Positions 13,863-25,234 of a stretch of DNA of 64,000 nucleotides are shown here, in pieces. The position numbers and the translations under genes are program-made. Origin of the DNA: an uncultured virus (IMG/VR IMGVR_UViG_3300032181_000411) (taxonomy: Duplodnaviria > Heunggongvirae > Uroviricota > Caudoviricetes). How positions within the stretch are numbered: the stretch's first letter is position 1; the number at the start of each line of letters is the position of its first letter. Where the stretch lies: the IMG/VR virus record IMGVR_UViG_3300032181_000411. One strand, given 5' to 3'. Under the pieces are notes generated by a model. That model saw nothing but the letters and a program-made list of their open reading frames with translations. It had not been told where the DNA came from and searched no databases.

Positions 13863-15659
13863 ATGCCTTCATTCGTACAAGTCTCGAACCTAGACTTCCA
13901 AGATATCAAAACTGCTCTCAAGGAATATTTGAGAGCACAATCCGACTTTACGTCGTATGATTTTGAAGGATCAGCAATGAGCGTCCTGTTGGACGTTCTT
14001 GCTTATAATACTTACTACACAGCATTCAACACCAACATGGTGGTGAACGAGCTGTTTCTAGACTCTGCTACTCTTCGTGACAACGTTGTATCACTTGCCA
14101 AGCAATTAGGATACAAACCTAAGTCTAGAACCGCTCCAGTGGCGAAAGTATCCTTTTCGGCATCATATGGTCAAAGTGCTCCTACAACCTCCTTATTCAA
14201 GAAGGGAACGGGGTTTACGACGACGTTTGACGATACTTTATATTCATTCGTCGCTATTGACGATCATACTGCCCCTGTTTCTAATTCAACAGCAGTTTTC
14301 ACTGAAATTCCTGTCTACGAAGGAACATTAATTGAGAACAATTATATCGTAGATACTTCTATTAAGCAAAGATTTATTATTCAGAATGCTAACGTTGACA
14401 TTTCTAGTCTTCGAGTAAGAGTTTTTGCTAGTGATCAGTCAACAGCATATCTAGATCACGAATATTCTGATAATATTCTCAATGTTGGACCCGACTCTCC
14501 TGTTTTCTTTGTAGATGAAATTGAAGACGAGAGATATGAAATTTTCTTTGGTGATGGTGTAATTGGTAGAGCTCTAGAGAATGGAGAGCAAATTGAGATC
14601 TCTTATCTAATTACAAATGGTGCTTCTACAAACGGCGCTAAGAACTTTACCTGGAACGGTGTACTAACAGATATCTTCTATTCCACAGGATTCCCTGTTA
14701 GCGTGACCGTAGAGGGGTCTGTAGCAGCGGAAGGTGGTGCCGAGATCGAATCCATCTCACAGATCAAATACAACGCTCCTAAGTACTTTTCTACACAGGA
14801 TAGAGCGGTAACATCAGATGATTATGCTGCCATTGTAAGAAACATTTATCCAGCAATTTCCGATATTATTACATTTGGTGGAGAAGAAGATGATCCCCCA
14901 GAGTATGGAAAGGTCAAGATTGTAATTAAACCAGAGAGTTCAAATTACCTATCTAACGCCACTAAGAAGGATATTGCTAAGAAATTGAAGCCATATATGG
15001 TTGCTTCTGTTATACCAGATATTATTGATGCTTCGATTTTGTATGTCGAGGTTAATTCGAGCATCTACTACGATACTTCCAGGACTACCCAGAGACCCGA
15101 GCAAGTACAGACTAAAGTAAAATCATCTTTAGAGTCCTATCTCAGACAGTCTCAAACTGAGAAATTCAATGGCAAGTTCCGATATAGTAAATTTGTTTCT
15201 ACAATTGACAATTCGGACTCTTCTATCAACTCCAATACCACCAGTCTCACATTGAGAAAGGATTTCTTTCCTCAGTTAAATTCTAAGAGTTACTACGAGA
15301 TCTGTTATCAGAACAGATTTGATGAGAAATGTGAAGGACCAGTAGTCACATCTACAGGGTTCAAAGTAAGCGAATTCCCAACGTACACGGTGTATTTGGA
15401 AGATAACGATGGAGCAATGGTCCTATATAGATTAGACAGATTGACTGGTGATAAAATTACGCTGAATGATTCCGTTGGAACCGTAAATTATGAAAAAGGT
15501 GAGGTCCAATTGTACGATTTAACTATTGTACAAGGAAGCTTCAGTGATAATAAAATCGAACTTCGTGCCCTTCCCATGTATGACGACATCGTTGCCATGA
15601 GAGAAGTGTATTTGGACGTTGATATGACAAGCAGCAAGTTTACAGCCTACCCAGAGTAA
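13863..15659 (+). CDS. g6: baseplate wedge subunit gp6
   Basis: LDFQDIK..LK.YL, YDFEGS, FLDSATLRDNVVSLAK.LGY, QDRAVT..DY. Confidence 0.93.
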   Translation: MPSFVQVSNLDFQDIKTALKEYLRAQSDFTSYDFEGSAMSVLLDVLAYNTYYTAFNTNMVVNELFLDSATLRDNVVSLAKQLGYKPKSRTAPVAKVSFSASYGQSAPTTSLFKKGTGFTTTFDDTLYSFVAIDDHTAPVSNSTAVFTEIPVYEGTLIENNYIVDTSIKQRFIIQNANVDISSLRVRVFASDQSTAYLDHEYSDNILNVGPDSPVFFVDEIEDERYEIFFGDGVIGRALENGEQIEISYLITNGASTNGAKNFTWNGVLTDIFYSTGFPVSVTVEGSVAAEGGAEIESISQIKYNAPKYFSTQDRAVTSDDYAAIVRNIYPAISDIITFGGEEDDPPEYGKVKIVIKPESSNYLSNATKKDIAKKLKPYMVASVIPDIIDASILYVEVNSSIYYDTSRTTQRPEQVQTKVKSSLESYLRQSQTEKFNGKFRYSKFVSTIDNSDSSINSNTTSLTLRKDFFPQLNSKSYYEICYQNRFDEKCEGPVVTSTGFKVSEFPTYTVYLEDNDGAMVLYRLDRLTGDKITLNDSVGTVNYEKGEVQLYDLTIVQGSFSDNKIELRALPMYDDIVAMREVYLDVDMTSSKFTAYPE

Positions 15660-15664
15660 ATTAG

Positions 15665-18600
15665 ATGGCTCCTAAGAAGAGAAAAATATCGTCCCTGATT
15701 GAGTCACAACTTCCAGGGTTTATTAACAACGAATATCAAAATTTCTCTAAGTTCATAGAAAAGTACTATGAACAGCAGTCTTCTGTTGGCCAGCCTATCG
15801 ATATTATCACCAATTTAGAAAAGTATGCTGATATCGATACGTATGAAAAAAATCTTTTAAGTCAGTCTACTACATTGGCAGCAAGTGTTACTGCCGATCA
15901 GTCATCTATAACTTTATCTAATGCTTCTTCTTTCCCCGAAGAAAATGGTTACATTAAGATTGGCGAAGAAATCCTCTTTTATCAAACTAGAGAAGGAAAT
16001 ACTCTAACAGAAGTTTCTAGAGGAGTTAGTGGTAATACTACTTTGGGTGACTTGTATCACTCGTCTCGCTTTGTAACTACAGCAGCAGCTGCTCACGGTG
16101 TTGGATCTACTGTACACAATATCAGCAACCTGTTTTTATATGCTCTAGTGAAAGAATTTGAGAAGACATACCTCAGTTCTTTTCCAGAAGCATATTTAAA
16201 AGAAGATGTAGATAAGCGTCTTCTAATTAAGAATATCAGTAAGTTCTATAAAGCAAAAGGTACTGATAGGTCTGTCAAGTTTATATTTAATTCTATTATT
16301 TCTAAGGAACCAGACAATGTTCCTGAAATTCTAAATCCAAAAGATTATACCCTAAAAGCATCCACATCTGGTTGGGAACAAGACAACACTTTAAAGTGTA
16401 TTAGTGTTTCTGGCAATATTCAAAATTTAGTTGGTAATCTTATCACTCAGGAAAGTGAGACTAATTTTGCTTCTGCTGCTGTAGATTTTGTCAGATCTAT
16501 TAAGTCTGATGGTATTGACAATTATTATGAAATTGGTATTGATTCCACCACCTTAAATGGCACGTTTGAAATTTCTAGTAGAACTGCTCTCCTTGATAAC
16601 ATCGTCAATACAGATTTTACTGGTGATAGAATTACTGTAAAGAGTACTGAAGGATTTCCATCTTCAGGAAGACTTCTCATTAGAGATGAAGAATTTGTAT
16701 ACAGTTCAAAGACTGTTAATCAATTTATTATTTCTGATAGAATTGGTCCTAGAAGAAACCATAGTGTAGGTGATCGAGTATATTCATACAATCCCATCAC
16801 CGCCAATGGTGCTACTATCATCTTATTTGGTGCTGTTTATGGACTGTCATCAACTTCTCCCCAACCATATGCTACTGTTGGCGATCTAATCAATGTTTCA
16901 GATCCTGGATTTATTACCAGAGATCCAGTTATTCATGACATCTATAATAGTGATTATACTTTTGGCACTCCAACAGATCCAGAATACGTTTTCAAAAATA
17001 GATGGTTCTTGAATGAGTCTCCAAGTACTGGCAAACCAGTTGTTAGAGGAGTTGTTAAAGACTTCGTTGGCGACGTTTCTGCTATTTACGAAGATGATCA
17101 ATATTACTATATTTGTTCATCTGGTTGGCCTGTAGGATCTTCACTGTCAGGTGCCACTCTAAATTACACTCCAGAAGATCAAAGAAATTTAAAATTAATT
17201 AGAAAGCATCCAGTAGCAACTACTGAAGTTTATAAGACATCTACTAGGGATGTCGGTGTTTTATTGGATGGTGTTCCTGTCATCAGTTATAAAGATGATA
17301 AGACTGAAAAATTTGGATCTATTGTTTCTACAACCATAACTAATAAGGGATCTGGGTATGAAGCACCACCTTTTGTGCTTCTAAACGAAGTTCCTAATAA
17401 AGCGACAGCAGTTTTGTCTGGCAGTGTTGTCGATAGAATCATTATCGGCACAAACGAAGCTTTTACAGATGATCCTACTATTAGAATAACTTCTGGAGAG
17501 GGGGCAAGACTATCTCCTGTTGTTACTAATGGTGCTATTACTAGTATTGACGTTGTAGAACCAGGAAAATACTATTCTTCTCCTCCAAAAATTGTAATTG
17601 TAGACAATTTAGGAAAAGGAGCGTTTGCTGAGTTTGAAGCAGTTCTAGATGCTAATGGTGGTATTGAAAGTTGTACTAAAATTAGTGGAGGACGTTTCTA
17701 TACTAGAGGATACATTAATGTCAGTGTAACTCCTGCTGGTAGATCAGCTACTGCTACATGTAAGATCAAAGAATGGACTTATGATCGTTATCAATTGAAT
17801 AAGAATCAATTGGATAGTGACAATGGTACTTTCTTCCCAAGCTACAATAATCTTCGTGGTTATGGTTATGGTTATGTTGCCAATCCTATTTCGGTAAGAA
17901 CTAGAGCATATCCAGATGCTTCTTTCTATGGTCAAAATGCCCAGGAATTCCCAAATACTCCACTAAGACATTCTCCGATCATCGGATTTGCTTACGATGG
18001 CAATCCAATCTACGGACCATATGGATATACCGATCCATTGGGAACTGTTACTTTCCTATCTGACGTTAGTAGGATGCGTAGTGGATATCAACTAAAAGCA
18101 AATAGAGTTGGTGGTCCAGATACAGATTTGTTCCCTATGGGAACATTTATTGAAGATTATGAGTGGGTTCCAAGTGTCAACTCAGGCAAAACTGAATTGG
18201 ATCAAAATAATGGCAGATTCTGTGTAACCCCAGAATATCCAGAAGGAACGTATGCTTACTTTGTAACCGTTTCTGATTCTGGTTTAACTCAAACACCAGA
18301 GTTCCCATACATCATTGGTGACAATTTCTACTCTCTACCAGTAGATTCCAATTACAACTCCCCAATATCACAGAGTGATTTGCCAGTTGGAGTAAAATCT
18401 GTCAGAAGTTCTTTGTCTGAGACAAATGGAGTCGGATTTGTTGGTAGTGTTGATAGTATTAGACGAGGAAATATTACATCCTCTATGGTTGAAGAATCTA
18501 GAGAATATCATTCTCCTGGTTGTGATGTTGTTATTGATGAGACTGGTACAGGTGGAGAACTGGCAATAGCAAAGGTTAATGAAGTTTCTGGTCGTTCTGT

Positions 18601-21600
18601 GGTATCGCTAGAGTCTACAGAAACTCCTGCCACTTATATCAAGATTTTAGAAACTGCTTATTTGTTTGCTGGTGATAGAATCACCATGTTTGAGGATGGG
18701 GTACAAATAGCTGATGGTGAATTAATTGGTGACGTAATCAATGATACTACTTTAGTAGTAAGAAATGTTGGCGGAAAATTTAAAACTAATCTAACTTTCG
18801 ACTCAGAAACATTAGTATTAAACTTATTCCTTGATAGAGATTCGACTTTCACTCAGGGATCAACACTCACATTGACTAATGATGACGATGATGTCATCGC
18901 TAGTGGAATAATTTTAGAATCAACCAGCAGACAAAACTCTGTTAAAGTGAAAGTAGAGACTGGAGCGTTTTCTACTATCCAAGGGTATTATCTACGTAGT
19001 ACCAACTTAAGTGATACTAACAGATCTGAAATTATTTCACTACAGTCATTAAGTACTGGATTAACGATATTTGAAATCAATGACAATATTGCTATTGTAG
19101 AAACTGCCGATAATCATGGATTGTCAATAGGTGATAAAGCAACTGTAAATGTCATTCCAGACGACGATGATAGCACCACGACATATTATGTGAGAAAGAG
19201 ATTATATCAATCTGCTACTACAGTACAACCAACTCATACATCGGAAATTACTGATGTTGGAATTGGGAGTGGTGATATTATTAATAGTGGTGAACAATAC
19301 ACCGTTGGAACTTATGAAGATGTAGAACTAATTTTCCAAGATCAAACTCTAGTTAGAAATAACCTAGGTTATGTTGGTGCTCCATATAATGCTAGAGCAA
19401 CCCTTGTCGTATCTTCTCCTTTCAATTTTTCAAATGCTGGAGTAACTGAAGCAATCGTAACTACAAAAGGATATGGATACAGAACGGGAGATATTCTCAC
19501 TGTTTTGGATACATCTCTCTTAAGGACACCAGAAGCTACAAGTCCACAGAGATTTACTCTTAGAGTTGATTGGGTTGGTTTTGCTAAAGGAAACAGTGTT
19601 CTGTACTTATCAAACGTAACTAATATATCTCAAGATGATTATTTACAGATCGAAGAAGAAGTAGTACAGGTTTCTAGTGTTAATGTCACGGACAAAGCAG
19701 TTACTGTTACTAGAGCTGCTCAAGGCACAGTTGAGGCAAATCATTACAATACAACTGAAGTAACTCTAAAAGATGGTTTCTATAGATTTGATGATGGATT
19801 CAAACCATTTGGAGACGGTATTGGTAAACCAACATTATTAGAATATTCCACAGAAACTGGAGAAATTTTTGTAGGATTTGATTATTCGGCTCCAACTCCA
19901 CAAAAACTATCTAATAGCAGTAGTTTCTTCGACTCTAGTGTTCCTGGCAAGCAAGTTACTTTCAGGACCGTAACAGATGCTGGTAATAGACTAGAGTTTT
20001 CCACAGACAATACAAGTTTTGATATTAACCCAATCATCGATATCCAAAAGTATTACCGATACACTTTTGATATCTCACACATCTCTATGGTTGGAACATA
20101 CCTAGATTTTTCATCTAGTGCTAACTACAATGTATTCACAGAAGAAAAAACAACTAGTGGAATTGCTCCAGGAAATGCTGGGTCTTTTGTAAGCATTAAA
20201 CTAGGATTTGGACCTGCTATTGCTGGTAATGATTATCAAGAGCAAGTACCAGTCAACTTCCAAAATTACTTCTATTTTATTAGAGCTGAAGATGTAGATA
20301 CTAGTGGATCTTACTTAAGAATTGTTGATGATCCTTTGACTGGTGTAAAGGATGTTATTTACATCACCGACACAAGATTTGTATATAATCTTGACCAAAT
20401 TCCTGCTTATGATGGAACTGGATCTATTTCTTACATAACCCCAGCTTCTAAAGCCGTTGGCAATATTGTTTCTCTATCTCTTATCAACTCTGGTGTAAAT
20501 TATACTTCATTGCCAATTGTTCGTGGTGTCGAAGTAGATGTTGCTAACAGAGCAGATGTTGTACTGGATTACAATTCATCTGGAGGCAATATTTTAGGAG
20601 CTACCGTAGTAAATGGTGGTTCGAATTATTCCAAACCAATTGCCGTTGTTGACGGAGAAGGATCTGGTGCTGTCATTGAAGTTCTTTCGAAGTTTGGCGT
20701 TATTGATGGTCTTAATGTAATAGATGGTGGTAATTATACTTCTCCCCCATCAGTAAGAATTGTCGAGTCTGATTTGAAGGTATACTTTGGATCCAATAAC
20801 ATCGGATTACCTAAAGGGGTTTCTATTCAATCTCCAGGAAGTGGTTATCATGGTGATACATCACAAATTCCTAGTTATAAATCAGCAACATCTTTCTTAC
20901 TGAAAGAAATTGATGGACCTTTCTATTCGGGTGAGGTAGTTGTACAACCCATTTCAGACCTGAAGCAATTTAATTATTCCACAGTACAAACTGTAACAGC
21001 GACTGTTGCCTCTTACAGAGAAGGAAGTAACTTGCTAAAAGTTACTGGCATCAAAGGAGTATTTAAAGAAGGTCAGCAAATCTTATCCAGAGATGGAAGA
21101 CGTAGTGCCGTTTTAGTTGCTCAAATAACTACAGAGTATGATGTCGATTATAGACCTTATATCGACAATTTCGGATTCTTCAACTCCGATAGAGGAAAAC
21201 TCAGTGAATCTACACAGAAACTCACTGACAGTTTCTTCTACCAAGATTATTCTTACATAATCAAATCCAAGTCTTCTATTGACATCTGGAGAGATTTAAT
21301 CAAACAGACGGTCCACCCAGCTGGATTCAAGATGTTTGGCGAGATGGTTATTGATGCCACAGCATTGCCAGCAATTCCACAGCAGAAATTAGTATCATCT
21401 CACAATACTGTAATTGAAGCGAAGGTACAGGGGATTCGTTCTCTACTTCCTGAAGAATTCGAAGGTGCTCCAAGACAGAGAGTTGTAGTTTCCCAACAGA
21501 AATTACAAACCTTGATTGTAGAAGAAGGTAGAGGATCTGTATCTGTTGATACTTTTGATACATCAGAAACTCAATCGAATTATATTGAATTGTCTCCAGC

Positions 21601-24600
21601 ATTTGATGGTAGATTCGATCCAGTAACTGGTCAATTGACAGGAACAACTACTTTCACTTTAATTGATAGAGTAAGGCAAGTTCCTGTTAATTTAAGAAAA
21701 GAAGAAGAGTTATTTGTAACTCTGGATGGTGTTTGGCAAGAACCAGGAGTTTCTTACACTGTCAGTGGAACTCAAATTGAATTTGCCAAGCCTCCTCTTG
21801 GTTATCGTCTTGTAGAGGGTCAAGATGTTGATCCTGTCAAGTTCTATGGCAGATCTATTAAATTTAAGAATAACGATCTATCTGCTAGATACGCTAAGAA
21901 AGTAAGAGATATTTCTCCAGAATTCGATGGAGTCAAATTTGAATTTGACTTGTACTGGGAAGATGGCACGATTGTAAAGTCTGACGAATATGAAAACTTT
22001 ATTGTCACATTAAATGGTGTAGTACAAAAAGCTAGACAGAATGCTAGAGAACCATTCTCGAATGCTTATTACATTAGACGTAGTGAAGATGAGAATGTAA
22101 CAGATGTAATTGTATTCTCCAAACCACCCATCGACAACGATGATTTGTATGATGAGGAAAGAATTCCAGAAATTCTTAAAAATTATGAGTTCTGTTCGAT
22201 CATCACTGTTGGTAGTTATGAGAGACTAACTATTGACACGGAGATTTATGAATACAGAGGAGCTGGTCCATATCTTCTTTTAGATGAAATTACTAGAGAT
22301 GTAAGAAAGGTTGATGATCCTTCCTATGCCTTGGTTTTCATCGACGGTGTATTACAAAGAGACATCGAGTCTTATCAGATTGTTGGACCAAACATTGAGT
22401 TTGCTGAACCACTATCTTTCTATATTGATGAGACAGGAAGGAGAGTTACTCAAGATGTAAATGTAATTCTTGTTTATGGTCGTGATGTTCCAAGAACTCT
22501 AACTTTCTATGATTATGAAATTGCCCAGTTCCTAAACCTTATTGAGGTAACTTTAACTGGTACTGGAATTAATGCTGAGTTTGCTGCTGTTTACGAGACG
22601 ATGACTCGTCTTGCTGGAGCAAAGTGGCACGTTGCTCAAGATGGAAAACCCATGGGCAACTTACTGGAAGCTGAGTTAGGTGGTGGTCCTGATACAGTTG
22701 TTCTGACATTAACTAATGAAAGAAACGTAGTTATTGATCCAGATCTACCATTATACTTCCAAGTAACATTTGCTTACGAGTATCTACCATCATATCAGTT
22801 CCCAATAAATGGAACGTACTCCATAGCATATAATTACAAAACTGATGATAATGGTGAAAGAATTGTTCAAAAGAGAACTGCTCCACAATTCTATGGATAC
22901 AAGCAAGCAGAGGATGTCTGGAACAACAGAAATTCTTTGATCGGAAACTTAATTGAAGGAGATAGAATTCTAATTGACGGCGAACGTGATTTCAGAACAA
23001 TCACTGGAACCACGATGGAAGCTAAGGTCAAGTCTTTCAATGACGGCGACCTTGTACAGAATAATCTATATTCTCAAATTGACGTAACTGATTACAATGG
23101 TTATACAGAAGGCGTTGGTCTTAGTATGACCGCTGCTGTTGACCAGTTTGGACAAGTAACATCTTTGAATGTTGCTGCTCTTGAGTGGAACCAAAGAGAC
23201 CTTCTAATCTATCTAAATGGTGGTCCTCTCCTACAACCCACAGCATATGGTTACTATGAAACTCCAGTTATTCACTTTATTCCAGTAGATGGAAATGGTG
23301 GTGGAGCTGAAGCAGAAGTAATTGCCTATGGTGGTCAAATCCTTGATGTTGTATTGACCAAACAAGGTAGTGGATACACTCAACCTCCTAGAGTTGTTGT
23401 TGCTAGAAGGTATAAGAGAATTAAAGAGAATTCTCGTAAGATTGATAGTTTTACTTACCTAAGAGCTCAACCAAAACTCAACGTAAGAATCGAGCAACCA
23501 AATATTGTCACCGAAATTATTATTACTGGTGCTGGTGCTCAAAGTAAGTTCTTCTCTATTGCTTCTTTCGGTAGCTTTACTGGTACTGCTGATCCAAATA
23601 CACCAGATAAGAGAAAGATCATCGAGCATGTTATGCCCGATCCTGACAAGAATCAGAAGCCTATTGAGCTTGAAATGATTCAGACTAGTGAGGATGATCT
23701 TAAGATTATTGGCAATCCTGATATTAATATCGAGTCCTTCAGCACTACTATTGATAAGCAGATCACTCTATTCAATGGTGGACTTACTTCTCACGTTACA
23801 GAGATTAATTTTGCTAAGCAATCTCAAATTGACGAAAAGGTTCATAGAGAAATTACTTCTCATATCCACATTGACTTCAAAGACATCATCAATAAGTATG
23901 ATGTTAATAGAACCAGTGGTCTTGGAACATTCCTCGATGCTCCTGTTGATCTCGATGATACAATTTTACTTGTCGGTAACACATCTGGATTCCCTGATAC
24001 TGCCGACAGATTACGTATTAATGGAGAGCTCTTCTTCTACCAGAAGAAGTTGCCTGATCGTTTCTTAAATGTAATTAGAGGTTATCAAGGATCTCCAATC
24101 CAGTCTCACAACGCTGGTGATCTAGTAGTTCATGAACAAGAGTACATCACTGCTATCAGTGCTGGTCTAACAGTAATTGAATCTTTCGTTGATGATATCC
24201 AGGCATTTGAAACTACAATTGAAAGTCATTCCGTTGTACAAGTACAGACTGGCAATGAAGAGGGCATCCAACCTCAGTTCCCATATGAGTATGATCACTA
24301 TGAGTTATGGTTCCAGACTCAAAATACATCAGAAGAGAGTATCGGCACCACCCTACAACCAGATTCTCATATTACAGTAATTGCCGTTCCTCAGGCAGAA
24401 GTTGTTACTTCCTTCCACTTCACACAAACTGATGTAAGTACAGCTAGTGCTACTCAATATAAGGTATACCCAATTTACTCTAATGAAAATGCTAGGGTAC
24501 GTCCTGATGTAGAAAAACAAATTAGGGAAGAGGTACAACTTGCCGTTGCTCCTAAGGTAAATCAGATTATTTCCGAGATTCCTGTTGCTATTCCTTCGGC

Positions 24601-25234
24601 ATCTCTATCCACTAATATACTCACTCTAAGTCATCAGGAAACAAAGGCATTTACTCAACAGCAACTAGTCAGATCTGCTTCTATTACTCATAGTCAGATC
24701 GTTGAGAATATCAAGTCTACATTAGATCCACGTCATTCAACATCTGATGTTCTCATTCTCAATACTAAGCTAGTAGATGCTAAACCAGAGAACATCAGGG
24801 ATTCTACAGTTGTTGTGGAAGCCTTCAACATGGTTTCTCACTCCACTGTTGAGTTGGATGTAAGCGGACTTGAAATCAAGTCTATACCTTCTATAGCTAT
24901 TCTTGAGAATGAAGAGTATATTGAAGTTACTCAAGTCGATCAAATTAGTGTTAATGCTGGAGATCGTTTCTTAACTATTCTTCAGGCAACACTTGATGTT
25001 CCTGACCATGAGATGAAGTTTGCTACTTCTAAGATCATTGGTCGCCCAGTATATTATAAGCAACCCGCTATCCTCCGTGTTGAAGGACCAGTTGATGATA
25101 GTCATGATGTTAAGCACGTCCAAACTGTCACTACTGCTTCCATAGATATTAAGATAGCGTCTTCTTCCAAGTTGTCGCCAAACATGAACAGGCAAATTAC
25201 CAATTCTCAGTCAATTACACGTAGAGTTTACTAA
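15665..25234 (+). CDS. g7: baseplate wedge initiator gp7 (large cyanophage form, YHYH-like insert)
   Basis: IESQLP.FI...Y..F..F...YY, FYKAKGT, DSFFYQDYSYIIKS, VHPAGFKMFG; lies between g6 and g8. Confidence 0.85.
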   Translation: MAPKKRKISSLIESQLPGFINNEYQNFSKFIEKYYEQQSSVGQPIDIITNLEKYADIDTYEKNLLSQSTTLAASVTADQSSITLSNASSFPEENGYIKIGEEILFYQTREGNTLTEVSRGVSGNTTLGDLYHSSRFVTTAAAAHGVGSTVHNISNLFLYALVKEFEKTYLSSFPEAYLKEDVDKRLLIKNISKFYKAKGTDRSVKFIFNSIISKEPDNVPEILNPKDYTLKASTSGWEQDNTLKCISVSGNIQNLVGNLITQESETNFASAAVDFVRSIKSDGIDNYYEIGIDSTTLNGTFEISSRTALLDNIVNTDFTGDRITVKSTEGFPSSGRLLIRDEEFVYSSKTVNQFIISDRIGPRRNHSVGDRVYSYNPITANGATIILFGAVYGLSSTSPQPYATVGDLINVSDPGFITRDPVIHDIYNSDYTFGTPTDPEYVFKNRWFLNESPSTGKPVVRGVVKDFVGDVSAIYEDDQYYYICSSGWPVGSSLSGATLNYTPEDQRNLKLIRKHPVATTEVYKTSTRDVGVLLDGVPVISYKDDKTEKFGSIVSTTITNKGSGYEAPPFVLLNEVPNKATAVLSGSVVDRIIIGTNEAFTDDPTIRITSGEGARLSPVVTNGAITSIDVVEPGKYYSSPPKIVIVDNLGKGAFAEFEAVLDANGGIESCTKISGGRFYTRGYINVSVTPAGRSATATCKIKEWTYDRYQLNKNQLDSDNGTFFPSYNNLRGYGYGYVANPISVRTRAYPDASFYGQNAQEFPNTPLRHSPIIGFAYDGNPIYGPYGYTDPLGTVTFLSDVSRMRSGYQLKANRVGGPDTDLFPMGTFIEDYEWVPSVNSGKTELDQNNGRFCVTPEYPEGTYAYFVTVSDSGLTQTPEFPYIIGDNFYSLPVDSNYNSPISQSDLPVGVKSVRSSLSETNGVGFVGSVDSIRRGNITSSMVEESREYHSPGCDVVIDETGTGGELAIAKVNEVSGRSVVSLESTETPATYIKILETAYLFAGDRITMFEDGVQIADGELIGDVINDTTLVVRNVGGKFKTNLTFDSETLVLNLFLDRDSTFTQGSTLTLTNDDDDVIASGIILESTSRQNSVKVKVETGAFSTIQGYYLRSTNLSDTNRSEIISLQSLSTGLTIFEINDNIAIVETADNHGLSIGDKATVNVIPDDDDSTTTYYVRKRLYQSATTVQPTHTSEITDVGIGSGDIINSGEQYTVGTYEDVELIFQDQTLVRNNLGYVGAPYNARATLVVSSPFNFSNAGVTEAIVTTKGYGYRTGDILTVLDTSLLRTPEATSPQRFTLRVDWVGFAKGNSVLYLSNVTNISQDDYLQIEEEVVQVSSVNVTDKAVTVTRAAQGTVEANHYNTTEVTLKDGFYRFDDGFKPFGDGIGKPTLLEYSTETGEIFVGFDYSAPTPQKLSNSSSFFDSSVPGKQVTFRTVTDAGNRLEFSTDNTSFDINPIIDIQKYYRYTFDISHISMVGTYLDFSSSANYNVFTEEKTTSGIAPGNAGSFVSIKLGFGPAIAGNDYQEQVPVNFQNYFYFIRAEDVDTSGSYLRIVDDPLTGVKDVIYITDTRFVYNLDQIPAYDGTGSISYITPASKAVGNIVSLSLINSGVNYTSLPIVRGVEVDVANRADVVLDYNSSGGNILGATVVNGGSNYSKPIAVVDGEGSGAVIEVLSKFGVIDGLNVIDGGNYTSPPSVRIVESDLKVYFGSNNIGLPKGVSIQSPGSGYHGDTSQIPSYKSATSFLLKEIDGPFYSGEVVVQPISDLKQFNYSTVQTVTATVASYREGSNLLKVTGIKGVFKEGQQILSRDGRRSAVLVAQITTEYDVDYRPYIDNFGFFNSDRGKLSESTQKLTDSFFYQDYSYIIKSKSSIDIWRDLIKQTVHPAGFKMFGEMVIDATALPAIPQQKLVSSHNTVIEAKVQGIRSLLPEEFEGAPRQRVVVSQQKLQTLIVEEGRGSVSVDTFDTSETQSNYIELSPAFDGRFDPVTGQLTGTTTFTLIDRVRQVPVNLRKEEELFVTLDGVWQEPGVSYTVSGTQIEFAKPPLGYRLVEGQDVDPVKFYGRSIKFKNNDLSARYAKKVRDISPEFDGVKFEFDLYWEDGTIVKSDEYENFIVTLNGVVQKARQNAREPFSNAYYIRRSEDENVTDVIVFSKPPIDNDDLYDEERIPEILKNYEFCSIITVGSYERLTIDTEIYEYRGAGPYLLLDEITRDVRKVDDPSYALVFIDGVLQRDIESYQIVGPNIEFAEPLSFYIDETGRRVTQDVNVILVYGRDVPRTLTFYDYEIAQFLNLIEVTLTGTGINAEFAAVYETMTRLAGAKWHVAQDGKPMGNLLEAELGGGPDTVVLTLTNERNVVIDPDLPLYFQVTFAYEYLPSYQFPINGTYSIAYNYKTDDNGERIVQKRTAPQFYGYKQAEDVWNNRNSLIGNLIEGDRILIDGERDFRTITGTTMEAKVKSFNDGDLVQNNLYSQIDVTDYNGYTEGVGLSMTAAVDQFGQVTSLNVAALEWNQRDLLIYLNGGPLLQPTAYGYYETPVIHFIPVDGNGGGAEAEVIAYGGQILDVVLTKQGSGYTQPPRVVVARRYKRIKENSRKIDSFTYLRAQPKLNVRIEQPNIVTEIIITGAGAQSKFFSIASFGSFTGTADPNTPDKRKIIEHVMPDPDKNQKPIELEMIQTSEDDLKIIGNPDINIESFSTTIDKQITLFNGGLTSHVTEINFAKQSQIDEKVHREITSHIHIDFKDIINKYDVNRTSGLGTFLDAPVDLDDTILLVGNTSGFPDTADRLRINGELFFYQKKLPDRFLNVIRGYQGSPIQSHNAGDLVVHEQEYITAISAGLTVIESFVDDIQAFETTIESHSVVQVQTGNEEGIQPQFPYEYDHYELWFQTQNTSEESIGTTLQPDSHITVIAVPQAEVVTSFHFTQTDVSTASATQYKVYPIYSNENARVRPDVEKQIREEVQLAVAPKVNQIISEIPVAIPSASLSTNILTLSHQETKAFTQQQLVRSASITHSQIVENIKSTLDPRHSTSDVLILNTKLVDAKPENIRDSTVVVEAFNMVSHSTVELDVSGLEIKSIPSIAILENEEYIEVTQVDQISVNAGDRFLTILQATLDVPDHEMKFATSKIIGRPVYYKQPAILRVEGPVDDSHDVKHVQTVTTASIDIKIASSSKLSPNMNRQITNSQSITRRVY